Below are positions 9,787 to 19,374 of a stretch of DNA of 64,000 nucleotides, piece by piece. Position 1 is the first letter of the stretch. Each line of letters starts with the position of its first letter. The position numbers and the translations under genes were made by a program. The notes under the pieces were generated by a model, which saw only the letters and a list, made by a program, of their open reading frames with translations, did no database searches and was not told the DNA's origin. Source of the DNA: an uncultured Candidatus Saccharibacteria bacterium (lineage in GTDB: Bacteria; Patescibacteriota; Minisyncoccia; UBA6257); NCBI GenBank assembly GCA_964479005.1, contig CAYZJA010000002.1, forward strand, positions 128,001-192,000, read 5' to 3'.

Positions 9787-11490
9787 CTAGACTTCAATGA
9801 CAACTGGCAATACCATTGGGCGGCGCTGTGTTTTTTTAAACAGGAATAAACCTATCTCATTTCTTAAATTATTGCGGATATAACCTTCATTGAATGTATC
9901 TCCTTTTGTTGAACGGCTTACAATTTCCCTCACTAATTTTTTCGTTTGATTTATCAATTCTTTTGATTCTTTCATATAAACAAATCCTTGAGAAATAATT
10001 TCGGGATTATTATAAAGTAGTCCTGTTTTTCTATCCACCAAAGCAATGATGATAAAAATTCCATCCTTGGAAAGGGTTTGTCTTGCTCGAAGAACCACTT
10101 CTTTAATATCCCCCACACCTAATCCGTCAACCATTATATAGTTTGTAGGAACAAATTTTTCTGTTGCTGTTATTTTATTTTTAGTTAATTCAATTATTTG
10201 GCCGTTTGCTCCTGTTACAATATTTTGTTTGCCGATACCCAAGGATTCTGCTATTTCACTATGGAGTTTTAACATAGAAAAATGGCCGTGAATAGGCATA
10301 AAGAAATGTGGCTTGGTGAGATTAATCATCATCTTTGAATCATCTTGATAGCCATGCCCAGAAGAATGAATATCAACCATTTTATAGTGGTAGATATTAG
10401 CGCCTTGTTTTGCCAGATTGTCTTTTAGGTTTTGAACAGCCAATTCGTTTCCCGGAACAACAGAGGAAGAGAAAATAACGGTATCTCCTTTTTGTATCCT
10501 TAAATATTTATGTTCTCTATTCACTATTCTCATTAAAGTGGCTTCACTTTCACCTTGCGCGCCAGTACATAGTATTGTTAGCTTTTGCGGGTCAAGCCGA
10601 CTTGCTTCTTTCCAGTTGATTATAGTTCCTTTTTTAACACTTATGTATTTTAGTTTTTCCGCAATAGCTAAATTAGTTTTCATAGCATAACCTTGAATAA
10701 CAATTTTGCGATTATATTTTTCTGATAGCCAAATAGCTTGCTGAAGCCTGTTGATTAATGAAGCAAATGTGGCTAGTATGATTCTTCCTTTTGTTTGCGC
10801 AAAAAGAGTGTCTAAATTATCCATTATTGTTTTTTCAGAAACAGAATGTCCTGGATTTTCTATTCCAGTTGAGTCGGACATTAGAAGTTGTACGCCTTGG
10901 GAAGCAAGTGTGGCAATCCGTGATAAATCTGCTGGTTTATCACCAATTGGTTGGAAATCAAATTTAAAATCGGTTGCATACATAATTAATCCATGCGGTG
11001 TATTAATGGCTAATCCCAAAGTATCAGGTATGTTGTGGTTTAAATGGAATGGGGAAATTTTAAAAGGGCCTAATGTTGTGGATTTATTTGGGTTTATATC
11101 TTCAATATTCAATTTTTTTAGGCTAGGAAAATCTTCCTGCCTTTTTAAAATTATTCCACGGGTTAAAGGCGGGGCATAAATAGTGGGATAATTTAATTTA
11201 TTAATTAGATAAGGTATGGCTCCAATGTGGTCATAGTGGGCATGAGTGATAAAAACCCCTAATATTTTTTTCTCTGGATGGCTTGTTAAGTATTCAATGT
11301 TAGGAATAATAAAATCAATGCCCGGCATATCTTCATCAGGAAACTGTAGCCCCATATCTACAATCAGGACCTGATTCTCGTATTCAAAAAGAGTCATATT
11401 GCGGCCAATTTCTTCCAATCCTCCCAAAGGAATAATTTTTAATGGGGTTGTGGACGTTTTTGTTTTTTTATAAAATTTTTTACGTTCCAT
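9787..11490 (-). CDS. rnj: Ribonuclease J (metallo-beta-lactamase/beta-CASP RNase)
   Basis: HAHYDHIG metallo-beta-lactamase motif and beta-CASP region. Start placed at MERKKFYKK. The upstream 19 codons of the listed ORF lie over a hairpin/leader. Confidence 0.85.
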   Translation of the reverse strand: MERKKFYKKTKTSTTPLKIIPLGGLEEIGRNMTLFEYENQVLIVDMGLQFPDEDMPGIDFIIPNIEYLTSHPEKKILGVFITHAHYDHIGAIPYLINKLNYPTIYAPPLTRGIILKRQEDFPSLKKLNIEDINPNKSTTLGPFKISPFHLNHNIPDTLGLAINTPHGLIMYATDFKFDFQPIGDKPADLSRIATLASQGVQLLMSDSTGIENPGHSVSEKTIMDNLDTLFAQTKGRIILATFASLINRLQQAIWLSEKYNRKIVIQGYAMKTNLAIAEKLKYISVKKGTIINWKEASRLDPQKLTILCTGAQGESEATLMRIVNREHKYLRIQKGDTVIFSSSVVPGNELAVQNLKDNLAKQGANIYHYKMVDIHSSGHGYQDDSKMMINLTKPHFFMPIHGHFSMLKLHSEIAESLGIGKQNIVTGANGQIIELTKNKITATEKFVPTNYIMVDGLGVGDIKEVVLRARQTLSKDGIFIIIALVDRKTGLLYNNPEIISQGFVYMKESKELINQTKKLVREIVSRSTKGDTFNEGYIRNNLRNEIGLFLFKKTQRRPMVLPVVIEV

Positions 11491-11503
11491 ATTTTTTATT
11501 TTA

Positions 11504-11572
11504 CCCCCACACCATAACGAGCACTGAGTGCTTCGCACCAAATACAAAGTATGTGCTCATTTGGTGTGGGGG
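11504..11572 (-). promoter_or_regulatory. Structured hairpin region between tRNA-Leu and the rnj start (leader or processing structure)
   Basis: CCCCCACACCA ... TGGTGTGGGGG inverted repeat enclosing smaller palindromes (AGCAC-TGA-GTGCT). Confidence 0.4.
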
Positions 11573-11577
11573 TTTAG

Positions 11578-11663
11578 TGCCGCGGGTGGGATTTGAACCC
11601 ACATCCCGAGATTTCGGGACACGGTTCTGAACCGTGCGCGTCTGCCAATTTCGCCACCGCGGC
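11578..11663 (-). tRNA. tRNA-Leu (anticodon CAG), type II with long variable arm
   Basis: Reverse complement gives GCCGCGG...CACGG-TTCAGAA-CCGTG...GTGGGTTCAAATCCCAC...CCGCGGC-A. Cloverleaf read by hand. No encoded CCA. Confidence 0.8.
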
Positions 11664-11667
11664 AAAT

Positions 11668-13350
11668 TTATTTATTTATTATTGTACGTTTAGTGTATAT
11701 ATACCAATTCTCAATATCAGCGAATTTTTCTGATGGCAGATTGGCATATTGAATATGATAACCTTTTATTTTTTGCGGAAGGATATAGAGATAAAAGGGA
11801 TTATAAAGAAAAAGGGCAGGTTTATCTTCAAAAAGTATACTTTGAATTGTTTTTAAGTCATTTGTTCGTTGTTCTTCATTAAAAGTTTGTCTCGTTTTTT
11901 CTAAAAGTTCGTCTAAGTCCTTATTTTGATAGGCAGAAAGGTTAAGACCTGGATCAGTTATTTGTGAAGAGTGCCAAAAAGAAAATAAATCAGGGTCTTG
12001 TCCTATAATTTCTCCAAAAAGCAGTGCGTCATAGGATCTAGTTTGAATAATTTCTTTTTCTAAAGTAGCCAATGGAAGAATTTGTAGTTCTACAGAAATT
12101 CCTATTTTTTCCCAGCAAGTTGCCAAATAATTAGCCACTCTGATTAATTCTAAATTATCAGGAAGTGAAAGAATAAAAGTTTTTTGGTCGGGCTCTAATT
12201 GTTCAATGATTTTTTTTGCGTTTTGTAGCGAATATTCTGGTGAGAAATTGAATTCTTCTTCTAAGAATCCGGGGGTAAAAGGACCTCCCAAAGGAAAAGC
12301 TTGTTCTTTTAATATTTCTGTCATTAATTCTTGTCGTGGTATTGCTAAATCTAGTGCCTGTCGAATTTCTTTTTGATCAAATAAAGAGTTTCTTAGATTT
12401 AAAAACACTGCATAATAACGGGGAAGGTACAAAGAAGCCATTTGGACGTTCTTTTTGCCTCCAAAGAAATCTACATCTTCGATTAAAACAGGAGAGAATC
12501 CGTCGATTTCTTTTTTTAATAATCCGCTCTTAGCTAAATCATAATTATCGTAAGAACGGAAGATTAATTTGGAAATATAAGGTTCTTTTTTAAAATAATT
12601 TTCATTAGCTACCAGAGAATAACTAATAATTTTTCCCAGTTTGTTTTTTTCTAAGCTGTCAAAAAGATATGGCCCTGTTCCAATTGGTTTAAGATTATAG
12701 TCCGCTGATAAAAAATTTCTTGATTCAATATTTTCCCAGATATGTTTTGGAATTATTTTTAAAGTAAGGTTTTGTAAGAATGGCTTATAAGGGTTTTTAA
12801 GATTAAAACGTATAACATGTGTCCCTAATTTTTCTACAATAACCCCTCCCCAATTTAATCTCAATGGGCTTCTTATGCTTGGATCTTGGATTGTCTCAAT
12901 TGTAAAAATTACATCATCTGCCGTGAAAGTCATTCCATCATGCCAAAAAACATTGTCCTTAAGGAATATGATATAGGTCTTGCCATCTTTACTAACTTCT
13001 GTTTTTTCTGCTAAATTAGTGATTAATTTTCCTTGTCCATCAATAGAATATAAGCCGTCATAAATTAATTCTATCAAGTCCTTATCATAGTCGTTGGATT
13101 GAGCTAAAACAGGGTTAATATAAGATGGGCGGCCAATGATGCCTAAATGTAAGACCCCTCCTTTTTCTGGTTCAAGTGTTGTAAATCTGCAAATAAAATT
13201 AAAAATTAGAAGAAAAATGCCGGCAAGCAGAAAGCATAAAAATAAAAAACCGAGAGTTTTCTTTTTTAATGGTAATTTTAACCACTTTTTAAATAAGGAG
13301 TACCTCGTTTCTCCCTTCGCTCGAAATAAAGAACTAAAAATGGTTTTCAT
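11668..13350 (-). CDS. ABC transporter substrate-binding protein, family 5 (peptide/nickel type), membrane-anchored
   Basis: Length and overall similarity to SBP_bac_5 oligopeptide-binding proteins. N-terminal TM/lipo-like segment. Confidence 0.7.
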   Translation of the reverse strand: MKTIFSSLFRAKGETRYSLFKKWLKLPLKKKTLGFLFLCFLLAGIFLLIFNFICRFTTLEPEKGGVLHLGIIGRPSYINPVLAQSNDYDKDLIELIYDGLYSIDGQGKLITNLAEKTEVSKDGKTYIIFLKDNVFWHDGMTFTADDVIFTIETIQDPSIRSPLRLNWGGVIVEKLGTHVIRFNLKNPYKPFLQNLTLKIIPKHIWENIESRNFLSADYNLKPIGTGPYLFDSLEKNKLGKIISYSLVANENYFKKEPYISKLIFRSYDNYDLAKSGLLKKEIDGFSPVLIEDVDFFGGKKNVQMASLYLPRYYAVFLNLRNSLFDQKEIRQALDLAIPRQELMTEILKEQAFPLGGPFTPGFLEEEFNFSPEYSLQNAKKIIEQLEPDQKTFILSLPDNLELIRVANYLATCWEKIGISVELQILPLATLEKEIIQTRSYDALLFGEIIGQDPDLFSFWHSSQITDPGLNLSAYQNKDLDELLEKTRQTFNEEQRTNDLKTIQSILFEDKPALFLYNPFYLYILPQKIKGYHIQYANLPSEKFADIENWYIYTKRTIINK

Positions 13351-13371
13351 TAGGATAAATAAGCAAAAAGA

Positions 13372-13590
13372 TTAAATCAGGAAACAGATAATTGATAGAG
13401 CGATAAATAAACCCCCTAATATAATAGTGAATACAAAAATTGTTTTTTCCAAACCCCTTCTCGTACCATAGAATTGAGAAGATATTCCTCCTAATACTCC
13501 CATTCCTCCTCCTCGCTGTTGCAAAAGCACAAGAATTATAAGAAGGATACCGATAACGATTTGAGCAATAGCTAAATCAAATTGATTCAT
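13372..13590 (-). CDS. secG: Preprotein translocase subunit SecG
   Basis: 72 aa, two TM segments, with the Gly-rich loop LLQQRGGGMGVLGG typical of SecG. Confidence 0.6.
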   Translation of the reverse strand: MNQFDLAIAQIVIGILLIILVLLQQRGGGMGVLGGISSQFYGTRRGLEKTIFVFTIILGGLFIALSIICFLI

Positions 13591-13689
13591 AATTAAAATA
13601 TTCTATTTTAATTTCAACGTCCTTGAGCGAAGACACGTTAAACGTGGCGAAGCGAAAGGTTGTTATAATTGTTTAATTTTTAATCATCA

Positions 13690-14052
13690 CTATTTAATCC
13701 GATGTAAAAAAGAATTAAAAATACTAATAATAATGGATGCAGCTAACCAAGTTATAGGATACTGAATTACCAACACGGGCATGAAAATAGTCGCAGCTTT
13801 TAGCAGGATAATATTGATAATAAAGATAAAAATACCAAGAGTTATCCAAATGAGCGGGAGAAAAAGAATTCGTAAAATTGGTTTTATTAGTAAATTAAGA
13901 AGTGAAAGAATCAAAGCGAGAAGAATCAGTTGTTCTAATGTGCCCTGAAAATAGAAATCATTAAATAAATAATTTAATAATCTCTGGCAGAGCAAAATCG
14001 CCGCAATATTAAGGATAACACCAAAAAGAAGTCTCTTTAAAAAACGCATCAT
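13690..14052 (-). CDS. Small 4-TM membrane protein (phage-holin-4_2/YvlD-like family, tentative)
   Basis: 120 aa, four hydrophobic helices. Resembles the PF04020-type small membrane proteins. The call is weak. Confidence 0.35.
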   Translation of the reverse strand: MMRFLKRLLFGVILNIAAILLCQRLLNYLFNDFYFQGTLEQLILLALILSLLNLLIKPILRILFLPLIWITLGIFIFIINIILLKAATIFMPVLVIQYPITWLAASIIISIFNSFLHRIK

Positions 14053-14174
14053 TTAATAGGGGTATTATACGTTAATAAGAACAAAAAGTCAAAAGTAAGA
14101 GATTATTTTGGGCAAAGCCACGTTTAACGTGGCAAAGCGAGAAAAAAGGTTCTGCGAGCAAAGTGAGCAGGCTC

Positions 14175-15791
14175 TTATTTTTTAATTCTAAGCAGTGGAA
14201 CTAAGCTTTGCCCCGTCATTTCTGAAGGGATTGGTAAACCAAATAATTCTAAAATTGTGGGTGTAACGTCGGCAAGCATTCCTCCAGCCCATTTTTCTAT
14301 TTCCAAAATTTCTTTTATTGAACGAGGAGAAGAAAATTTCCACCTTTTATCTATTAAATAAAAAGGAACAAGGCTGGTATCATGTTTGGTTTCTATTTCT
14401 CCAGTTAGAGGATTCATCATTCTCTCTAAATTGCCATGGTCAGCAGTAATAATAGTAGTATAATTCAATGCTTGGCTTTTTTGAATTATTTTTGCCACTT
14501 CCTGATCCATAATTTTCGCGCATTGAATACCCGCTTTCATATTGCCTGTATGGCCTATTAAATCAGGATTAGCGTAATTTACTAATATAAAATCATAAAT
14601 ATTTTCATCAAAAGATTGAAAAAGGCGCGTAGTAATTTCCGGAGCCCTTAATTCCGGATAATCTTCAAGATGCAAAGTTTTTATAGAAGGAATAATTACC
14701 CAATATTCACCCGGGAATGGTTTTTCTTTAAATCCGTCGAAAAAATATGTAACATGGGCGTATTTTTCCGTTTCTGCTAAATGAAGTTGTCGTTTTCCAG
14801 CCTTAGAAAGTATTTGAGATAAACAGGTAGAGATTTTTTGAGGGGGGAATGCTACTGGTAAAGCAAAATCTTTTTTATATTGAGTAAATGTAGTAATTTT
14901 CAATTCTTGGAATTTTTTAATAGGAAATTTGTCAAATTGAGGATTAATAAAAGGCTCTACCAATTGTCGCATTCTTTCTTCGCGAAAATTGAAGAATATA
15001 ATGCCATCTTGTTCTTTGATAATACTTGAAGGATCTTGTTCGTTTGGATCACCAATCAGTGCCGGAACAATAAATTCATCAGTAATGCCTTCTTTATAAG
15101 ATTTTTCTAAATAAGCGAGAGCATCATCTTCTGTTTTGCATTTACCAAAAACTAAAGCGTTATAACATTTAGCTATTCTGTTAAAATTATTATCTCTATC
15201 CATGGCATAAAAACGTCCTGACAAGCTGGCGATTTTGCTTTTCCCCCGTATTTTTATATCTTCTTGCAATTGAATTATTAATTCTTTTGCTTTTGTTGGA
15301 GAAGAATCTCGTCCATCAGTAAAAAGATGCAAATTTATTTTTTCTATCTTGAGAGAATTGGCTAAATCCAAAAGCGCCATAAGGTGCTCGTAAGAACTAT
15401 GGACAATATTATTACTAAATAAACCGGCTAAGTGTAATGTGCTATTATTCTTTTTAACATGGTTATAGGTTTTCAACAAAGCTGGGTTTTGGAAAAAAGA
15501 TCCATTTTGTATGCTTTGTGAAATACGGACAGAATATTGGTATAAAATTTGACCAGTGCCTAATGTTAAATGGCCTACCTCGCTGTTTCCGGCTTTGTTA
15601 AATGGCAATCCTACAGAAATACCTGATGCTTGTAAAGAAACCATAGGATAATATTTTTTAATTTCATCAATATTTGGAGTACCAGCTCTATGGATAGCAT
15701 TAGAAAAATCTTTTTTTCCTATTCCCCAACCATCTAAAATTATTAAACAAATTTTTGAACAAAGGCCAAACATATAACAATTAATTAACAA
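14175..15791 (-). CDS. gpmI: 2,3-bisphosphoglycerate-independent phosphoglycerate mutase
   Basis: ILDGWGIG N-terminal motif and the length of cofactor-independent PGM. The true start is probably the internal Met at 15773. Confidence 0.85.
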   Translation of the reverse strand: MLINCYMFGLCSKICLIILDGWGIGKKDFSNAIHRAGTPNIDEIKKYYPMVSLQASGISVGLPFNKAGNSEVGHLTLGTGQILYQYSVRISQSIQNGSFFQNPALLKTYNHVKKNNSTLHLAGLFSNNIVHSSYEHLMALLDLANSLKIEKINLHLFTDGRDSSPTKAKELIIQLQEDIKIRGKSKIASLSGRFYAMDRDNNFNRIAKCYNALVFGKCKTEDDALAYLEKSYKEGITDEFIVPALIGDPNEQDPSSIIKEQDGIIFFNFREERMRQLVEPFINPQFDKFPIKKFQELKITTFTQYKKDFALPVAFPPQKISTCLSQILSKAGKRQLHLAETEKYAHVTYFFDGFKEKPFPGEYWVIIPSIKTLHLEDYPELRAPEITTRLFQSFDENIYDFILVNYANPDLIGHTGNMKAGIQCAKIMDQEVAKIIQKSQALNYTTIITADHGNLERMMNPLTGEIETKHDTSLVPFYLIDKRWKFSSPRSIKEILEIEKWAGGMLADVTPTILELFGLPIPSEMTGQSLVPLLRIKK

Positions 15792-16154
15792 TTAACAAAT
15801 AACGATTTAACAATAGAACAATTCAGCAATTAAAAGTTGTTCATAGTATACCTTCTTTTTTTCTCTTTGACAAAGAATGTGTGTTTTTGCTATAATAAAA
15901 TTAAGTTTTAATATATCAAGTCTTTGGCTCGTTATATAAAAACATATTTATCTAGTTGAAGATAAATATATCTACTTTACTTAAACTTTAACTTAGGCAC
16001 TATTTATTCTCTCACGATTAACTTTTTAGGATGTTTTACCTGAAAGATTTCTATAGAATCATATTTTATTTATTAAAGTTAAATCAAAAACTCTTAAGGG
16101 TTTCTTGGGTTTAGTTTATAAATATAGAGGATAATAGGCCTTAAATTTAAAATT

Positions 16155-17681
16155 ATGGCTATATTAGATATATCAAGCATAATTCTGTCTATTGGGATAG
16201 GATTGTTTTTGGGGTATGTTATTCGTCAGAAAATTGCCCAAAAATATTCTGATTCTATCGAGACTAAATTAAAGTCCCGTATCGAGAAAGTTCGTGAAGA
16301 AGCAAAAAAAGTTGTTTTAGAAGCCAGAGAAAAGGCTACGAAAATCTTAGAAGAATCTGAAGAAGAAAACAAGAAGAGAAAGATTCAGGTTGATAAAATG
16401 GAAGAAAGATTATTTCAACGGGAAGAGTTGGTTGATAAGAAACAAAAAGAATTAACCGAGGAAGAGAAAGAGAATAAAAGAATCTTTGAGAAAATACAAA
16501 ACTTAAAAACAGAACTGGAAAAACTTCAAAAAAGCGAATTAGAATCCTTGGAAAAAGTAGCGGGGTTATCAGTAAAAGAGGCCAAAGACGAACTTCTTAA
16601 AAGAGCAGAAAAAGAATATAGTGAGGATATATTGAAATCATTAAAAAAATTAGAAACAACAAGGAAAGAAGAAATGGAGAATAAAGCGAAAGATATAATT
16701 GTAGGCGCAATTCAAAAATATAGCCGTTCCAATGTTAGTGAAATTACTACCACTATAATGAATTTGCCTTCAGAGGATATAAAGGGAAGGATAATAGGTC
16801 GTGAAGGAAGAAATATTCGCCATTTTGAGAGACTTTCAGGAGTGGAATTGATAATGGATGATTCACCAAACACAATTATCCTTTCAAGTTTTGATCCTGC
16901 AAGGCGCGAAGTTGCGAGGATAGCTTTAGATAAATTAATTCAAGATGGCCGTATTCAACCAGCTAGAATTGAAGAAAAAATTATAGAGGCTCAGGCAGAA
17001 ATTAGGGATACAATTAAAAAAGCAGGTGAAGATGCTGTATATGAAGTTGGCATATTAGATTTACCGCCAGAAATAATCTATTTATTGGGAAGATTAAATT
17101 TTAGGACAAGTTATGGGCAGAACGCTTTAATGCACTCAATGGAAGTTTCTTTATTGAGCGCGGCTTTAGCTTCAGAGCTTGGAGCTGATGTTGGAATCGC
17201 CAAAAAAGCAGGTTTGCTTCATGATATTGGAAAAGCGGTTGATCAAGAGATTGAAGGTACACATTTAGAATTAGGGAGAAAAATATTAAAGAAATATAAT
17301 CAACCAGAGGAAATAATCAAAGCCATGCAATCCCATCATGACACATATCCTGTGGAGACTTTGGAAGCGGCTATTGTAAATGCTGCTGACGCTATTTCCG
17401 CTGCCCGTCCCGGCGCAAGAAAAGATAATGTAGAAGCATATCTTAAGCGACTAGCTAATTTAGAAGAAATAGCTTATTCTTTTAAAGGAGTTGAGAAGGT
17501 TTATGCTGTTTCTGCCGGAAGGGAAATTAGAGTTTTTGTTCATCCTAATCAAATTGATGATCTTGGAGCAATGAAGATAGCGAAAGATCTAGCTAAGCGC
17601 ATAGAAGAAACATTGAAATATCCAGGTGAAGTTAAGGTCACGGTAATTCGCGAGACGAGAGTTATTGAAGTTGCCAGATAG
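16155..17681 (+). CDS. rny: Ribonuclease Y
   Basis: N-terminal TM helix, a coiled-coil region, a KH domain (GRIIGREGRNIRHFERLSGVELIMDD) and an HD domain (LLHDIGK). Confidence 0.9.
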   Translation: MAILDISSIILSIGIGLFLGYVIRQKIAQKYSDSIETKLKSRIEKVREEAKKVVLEAREKATKILEESEEENKKRKIQVDKMEERLFQREELVDKKQKELTEEEKENKRIFEKIQNLKTELEKLQKSELESLEKVAGLSVKEAKDELLKRAEKEYSEDILKSLKKLETTRKEEMENKAKDIIVGAIQKYSRSNVSEITTTIMNLPSEDIKGRIIGREGRNIRHFERLSGVELIMDDSPNTIILSSFDPARREVARIALDKLIQDGRIQPARIEEKIIEAQAEIRDTIKKAGEDAVYEVGILDLPPEIIYLLGRLNFRTSYGQNALMHSMEVSLLSAALASELGADVGIAKKAGLLHDIGKAVDQEIEGTHLELGRKILKKYNQPEEIIKAMQSHHDTYPVETLEAAIVNAADAISAARPGARKDNVEAYLKRLANLEEIAYSFKGVEKVYAVSAGREIRVFVHPNQIDDLGAMKIAKDLAKRIEETLKYPGEVKVTVIRETRVIEVAR

Positions 17682-17711
17682 CTTTTAAGATATTTGCTTT
17701 ATCTAAGCCAT

Positions 17712-17722
17712 TTTGGTATAAT
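17712..17722 (+). promoter_or_regulatory. Extended -10 promoter element (TGGTATAAT) upstream of hup
   Basis: TTTTGGTATAATT lies ~90 nt upstream of the hup ATG. Confidence 0.4.
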
Positions 17723-17809
17723 TAGACATCAATAAGCTAAAAGGTCGAACCCTCTTTAGGTAGTATCTATCAGCCTAAAAAGGTAAAAAATATTATAAAA
17801 ATTATTACA

Positions 17810-18082
17810 ATGACAAAACAAGGTTTAATTGAATCCATTGTTGCTAAGGTTAGTTGTTCTCAGGCAGACGCAGGAAGAGCATTAGATGCGATTCTTGAAA
17901 CAATTACCAAGAGTTTAACAGATGGAGATTCAGTAACAATAACAGGTTTTGGCACTTTTAGCGCTAGAGCAAGAGCTGCCAGGGCTGGAGTAAATCCTAA
18001 GACTGGTGAAAAGATTCAGATTCCCGCTATGACAGTTCCAAAATTTAAAGCAGGAAAAGGTCTTAAAGAAGCTGTAAGATAA
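17810..18082 (+). CDS. hup: HU family DNA-binding protein
   Basis: 90 aa. GFGTF...R.GRNP.TGE... signature of HU/IHF (ITGFGTFSARARAARAGVNPKTGEKIQIP). Confidence 0.85.
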   Translation: MTKQGLIESIVAKVSCSQADAGRALDAILETITKSLTDGDSVTITGFGTFSARARAARAGVNPKTGEKIQIPAMTVPKFKAGKGLKEAVR

Positions 18083-18101
18083 AAGAGATAGATTTCTTTT
18101 T

Positions 18102-18134
18102 AAAACCCCGACTAAATTAGTCGGGGTTTTAAAA
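18102..18134 (+). terminator. Rho-independent terminator after hup
   Basis: AAAACCCCGACT-aaatt-AGTCGGGGTTTT hairpin followed by a T-run. Confidence 0.8.
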
Positions 18135-18185
18135 ATTTGAGTTTTTTATCTTATTATCCTATTAAACTTCTTTTGGCTCCTTTTT

Positions 18186-18283
18186 TTATTATGAGCCGAA
18201 GGCGAATAACAAGGTTCTCGCGAGGCGGGGTTCTTATTATGAGCCGAAGGCGAATAACAAGGTTCTCGCGAGGCGGGGTTCTT
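18186..18283. repeat. 2 x 48-bp tandem direct repeat (TATTATGAGCCGAAGGCGAATAACAAGGTTCTCGCGAGGCGGGGTTCT)
   Basis: Perfect tandem duplication read from the sequence. It belongs to the AAGCGA..AAGGTTCT..GGTTCTTATTAT intergenic repeat family (see findings). Confidence 0.8.
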
Positions 18284-19082
18284 ATAAATCTTTAAAAGAT
18301 AATGAAATTTTGTCATCTTCTATGCTAATAATTTTTGCTTCTTTTATTTCTCCTTCTTTTAAAATATCATTAATCTTGGCAGCTGATTCATTAGGGATTT
18401 GCGATATATGAATAAGTCCATCAATTCCGCTATCCTCTAACTTTACAAAAGCGCCGAAATCTACAATTTTCGTAATTTTTACCTGTATCTTATCTCCAAT
18501 ATTATATTTATTTATAATATTTTTTATTTTATCTTTTTCTACTAATTTTTCAGAAAAGATTAATTTATTTGCAGCAGGGTCAAAGTCTAATATTTTAACT
18601 GGTATTTTTTCCCCGATTAAAAAATTTAGTTTTTCTAATATTTTATTCTTATTACCTTCACCTACTTTTGGATAATGCTCTGTTGATAATTGGGAAGCAG
18701 GGAGGAATCCTTTGATGTTTTCTACTTTTCCCATTAAGCCTCCGGCATTAGCTTCTGATATCAAGAGAGGAAACGTTGTTTCCTGTTTTTTCATTTCTTT
18801 TATTTTTTCCCATGCTTTTTCTTTTTCCAAATTTTGCAAAGCCATTTCTATTAATCCATCTTCATTATTCCAATCAAGAATTTTTACTAAAACCTTAGTA
18901 CCTATTTCCAATTTTTTGATATAATTTTTTGTTTCTATATAATTTATCCCTTGAATAATACCTGTGCCATAAGGGGATAGGTCTATAAATAAAGATCTTT
19001 CTTTTTTTTCTAAAATAAATCCCTCAACAAAAGATCCAATTGAGGGCATAGAGATTGAATTATCTTTTTTTAGGGAATACAT
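18282..19082 (-). CDS. S1 RNA-binding domain protein (truncated ribosomal protein S1-like, about three S1 repeats)
   Basis: Repeated S1/OB-fold-like segments (G..V.G.V..I..FGAFV type: GDKIQVKITKIVDFGAFVKL). Confidence 0.65.
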   Translation of the reverse strand: MYSLKKDNSISMPSIGSFVEGFILEKKERSLFIDLSPYGTGIIQGINYIETKNYIKKLEIGTKVLVKILDWNNEDGLIEMALQNLEKEKAWEKIKEMKKQETTFPLLISEANAGGLMGKVENIKGFLPASQLSTEHYPKVGEGNKNKILEKLNFLIGEKIPVKILDFDPAANKLIFSEKLVEKDKIKNIINKYNIGDKIQVKITKIVDFGAFVKLEDSGIDGLIHISQIPNESAAKINDILKEGEIKEAKIISIEDDKISLSFKDL

Positions 19083-19127
19083 TAATTGTTTTAATTTTTT
19101 AAAATTTATGTGCCGCCACGTTTAACG

Positions 19128-19202
19128 TGGTGCCTGGGCGGTGAATCGAACACCGGACGCTTTGCTCTTCAAGCAAACGCTCTACCACTGAGCTACCCAG
19201 GC
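19128..19202 (-). tRNA. tRNA-Phe (GAA), CCA encoded
   Basis: Reverse complement gives GCCTGGGTAGCTCAGTGGTAGAGC-G-TTTGC-TTGAAGA-GCAAA...GGTGTTCGATTCACC...CCCAGGC-A-CCA. Confidence 0.85.
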
Positions 19203-19274
19203 TTAAACTCAGATTACCAGTTTAGCATAATAGATTTTTAAAGTAAAGAAAAGCAATAAATCCAAATAAATTAG

Positions 19275-19348
19275 TGGGCAGTAGAGGACTCGAACCTCTG
19301 GCCTCATGGATGTAAACCAAGCGCTCTAACCAACTGAGCTAACTGCCC
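19275..19348 (-). tRNA. tRNA-Val (TAC), tentative; U-U mismatch in the anticodon stem
   Basis: Reverse complement gives GGGCAGTTAGCTCAGTTGGTTAGAGC-G-CTTGG-TTTACAT-CCATG...AGAGGTTCGAGTCCTCT-ACTGCCC-A. Confidence 0.6.
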
Positions 19349-19374
19349 TAATTTTTAGTGGACCACGTCTAATG

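Noticed and set aside
10751-11179. 142-aa + strand ORF inside rnj; also other 60-95-aa ORFs antisense to large genes (for example 3305..3535, 5628..5843, 18712..18924, 26100..26375, 37117..37404)
   Set aside because: They are antisense to well-supported conserved genes, with low-complexity translations. They are typical spurious ORFs in AT-rich DNA.
11442-11630. 62-aa + strand ORF, and the first 19 codons of the listed rnj ORF
   Set aside because: They overlie the tRNA-Leu gene and a hairpin leader. The rnj start was moved to the MERKK Met.
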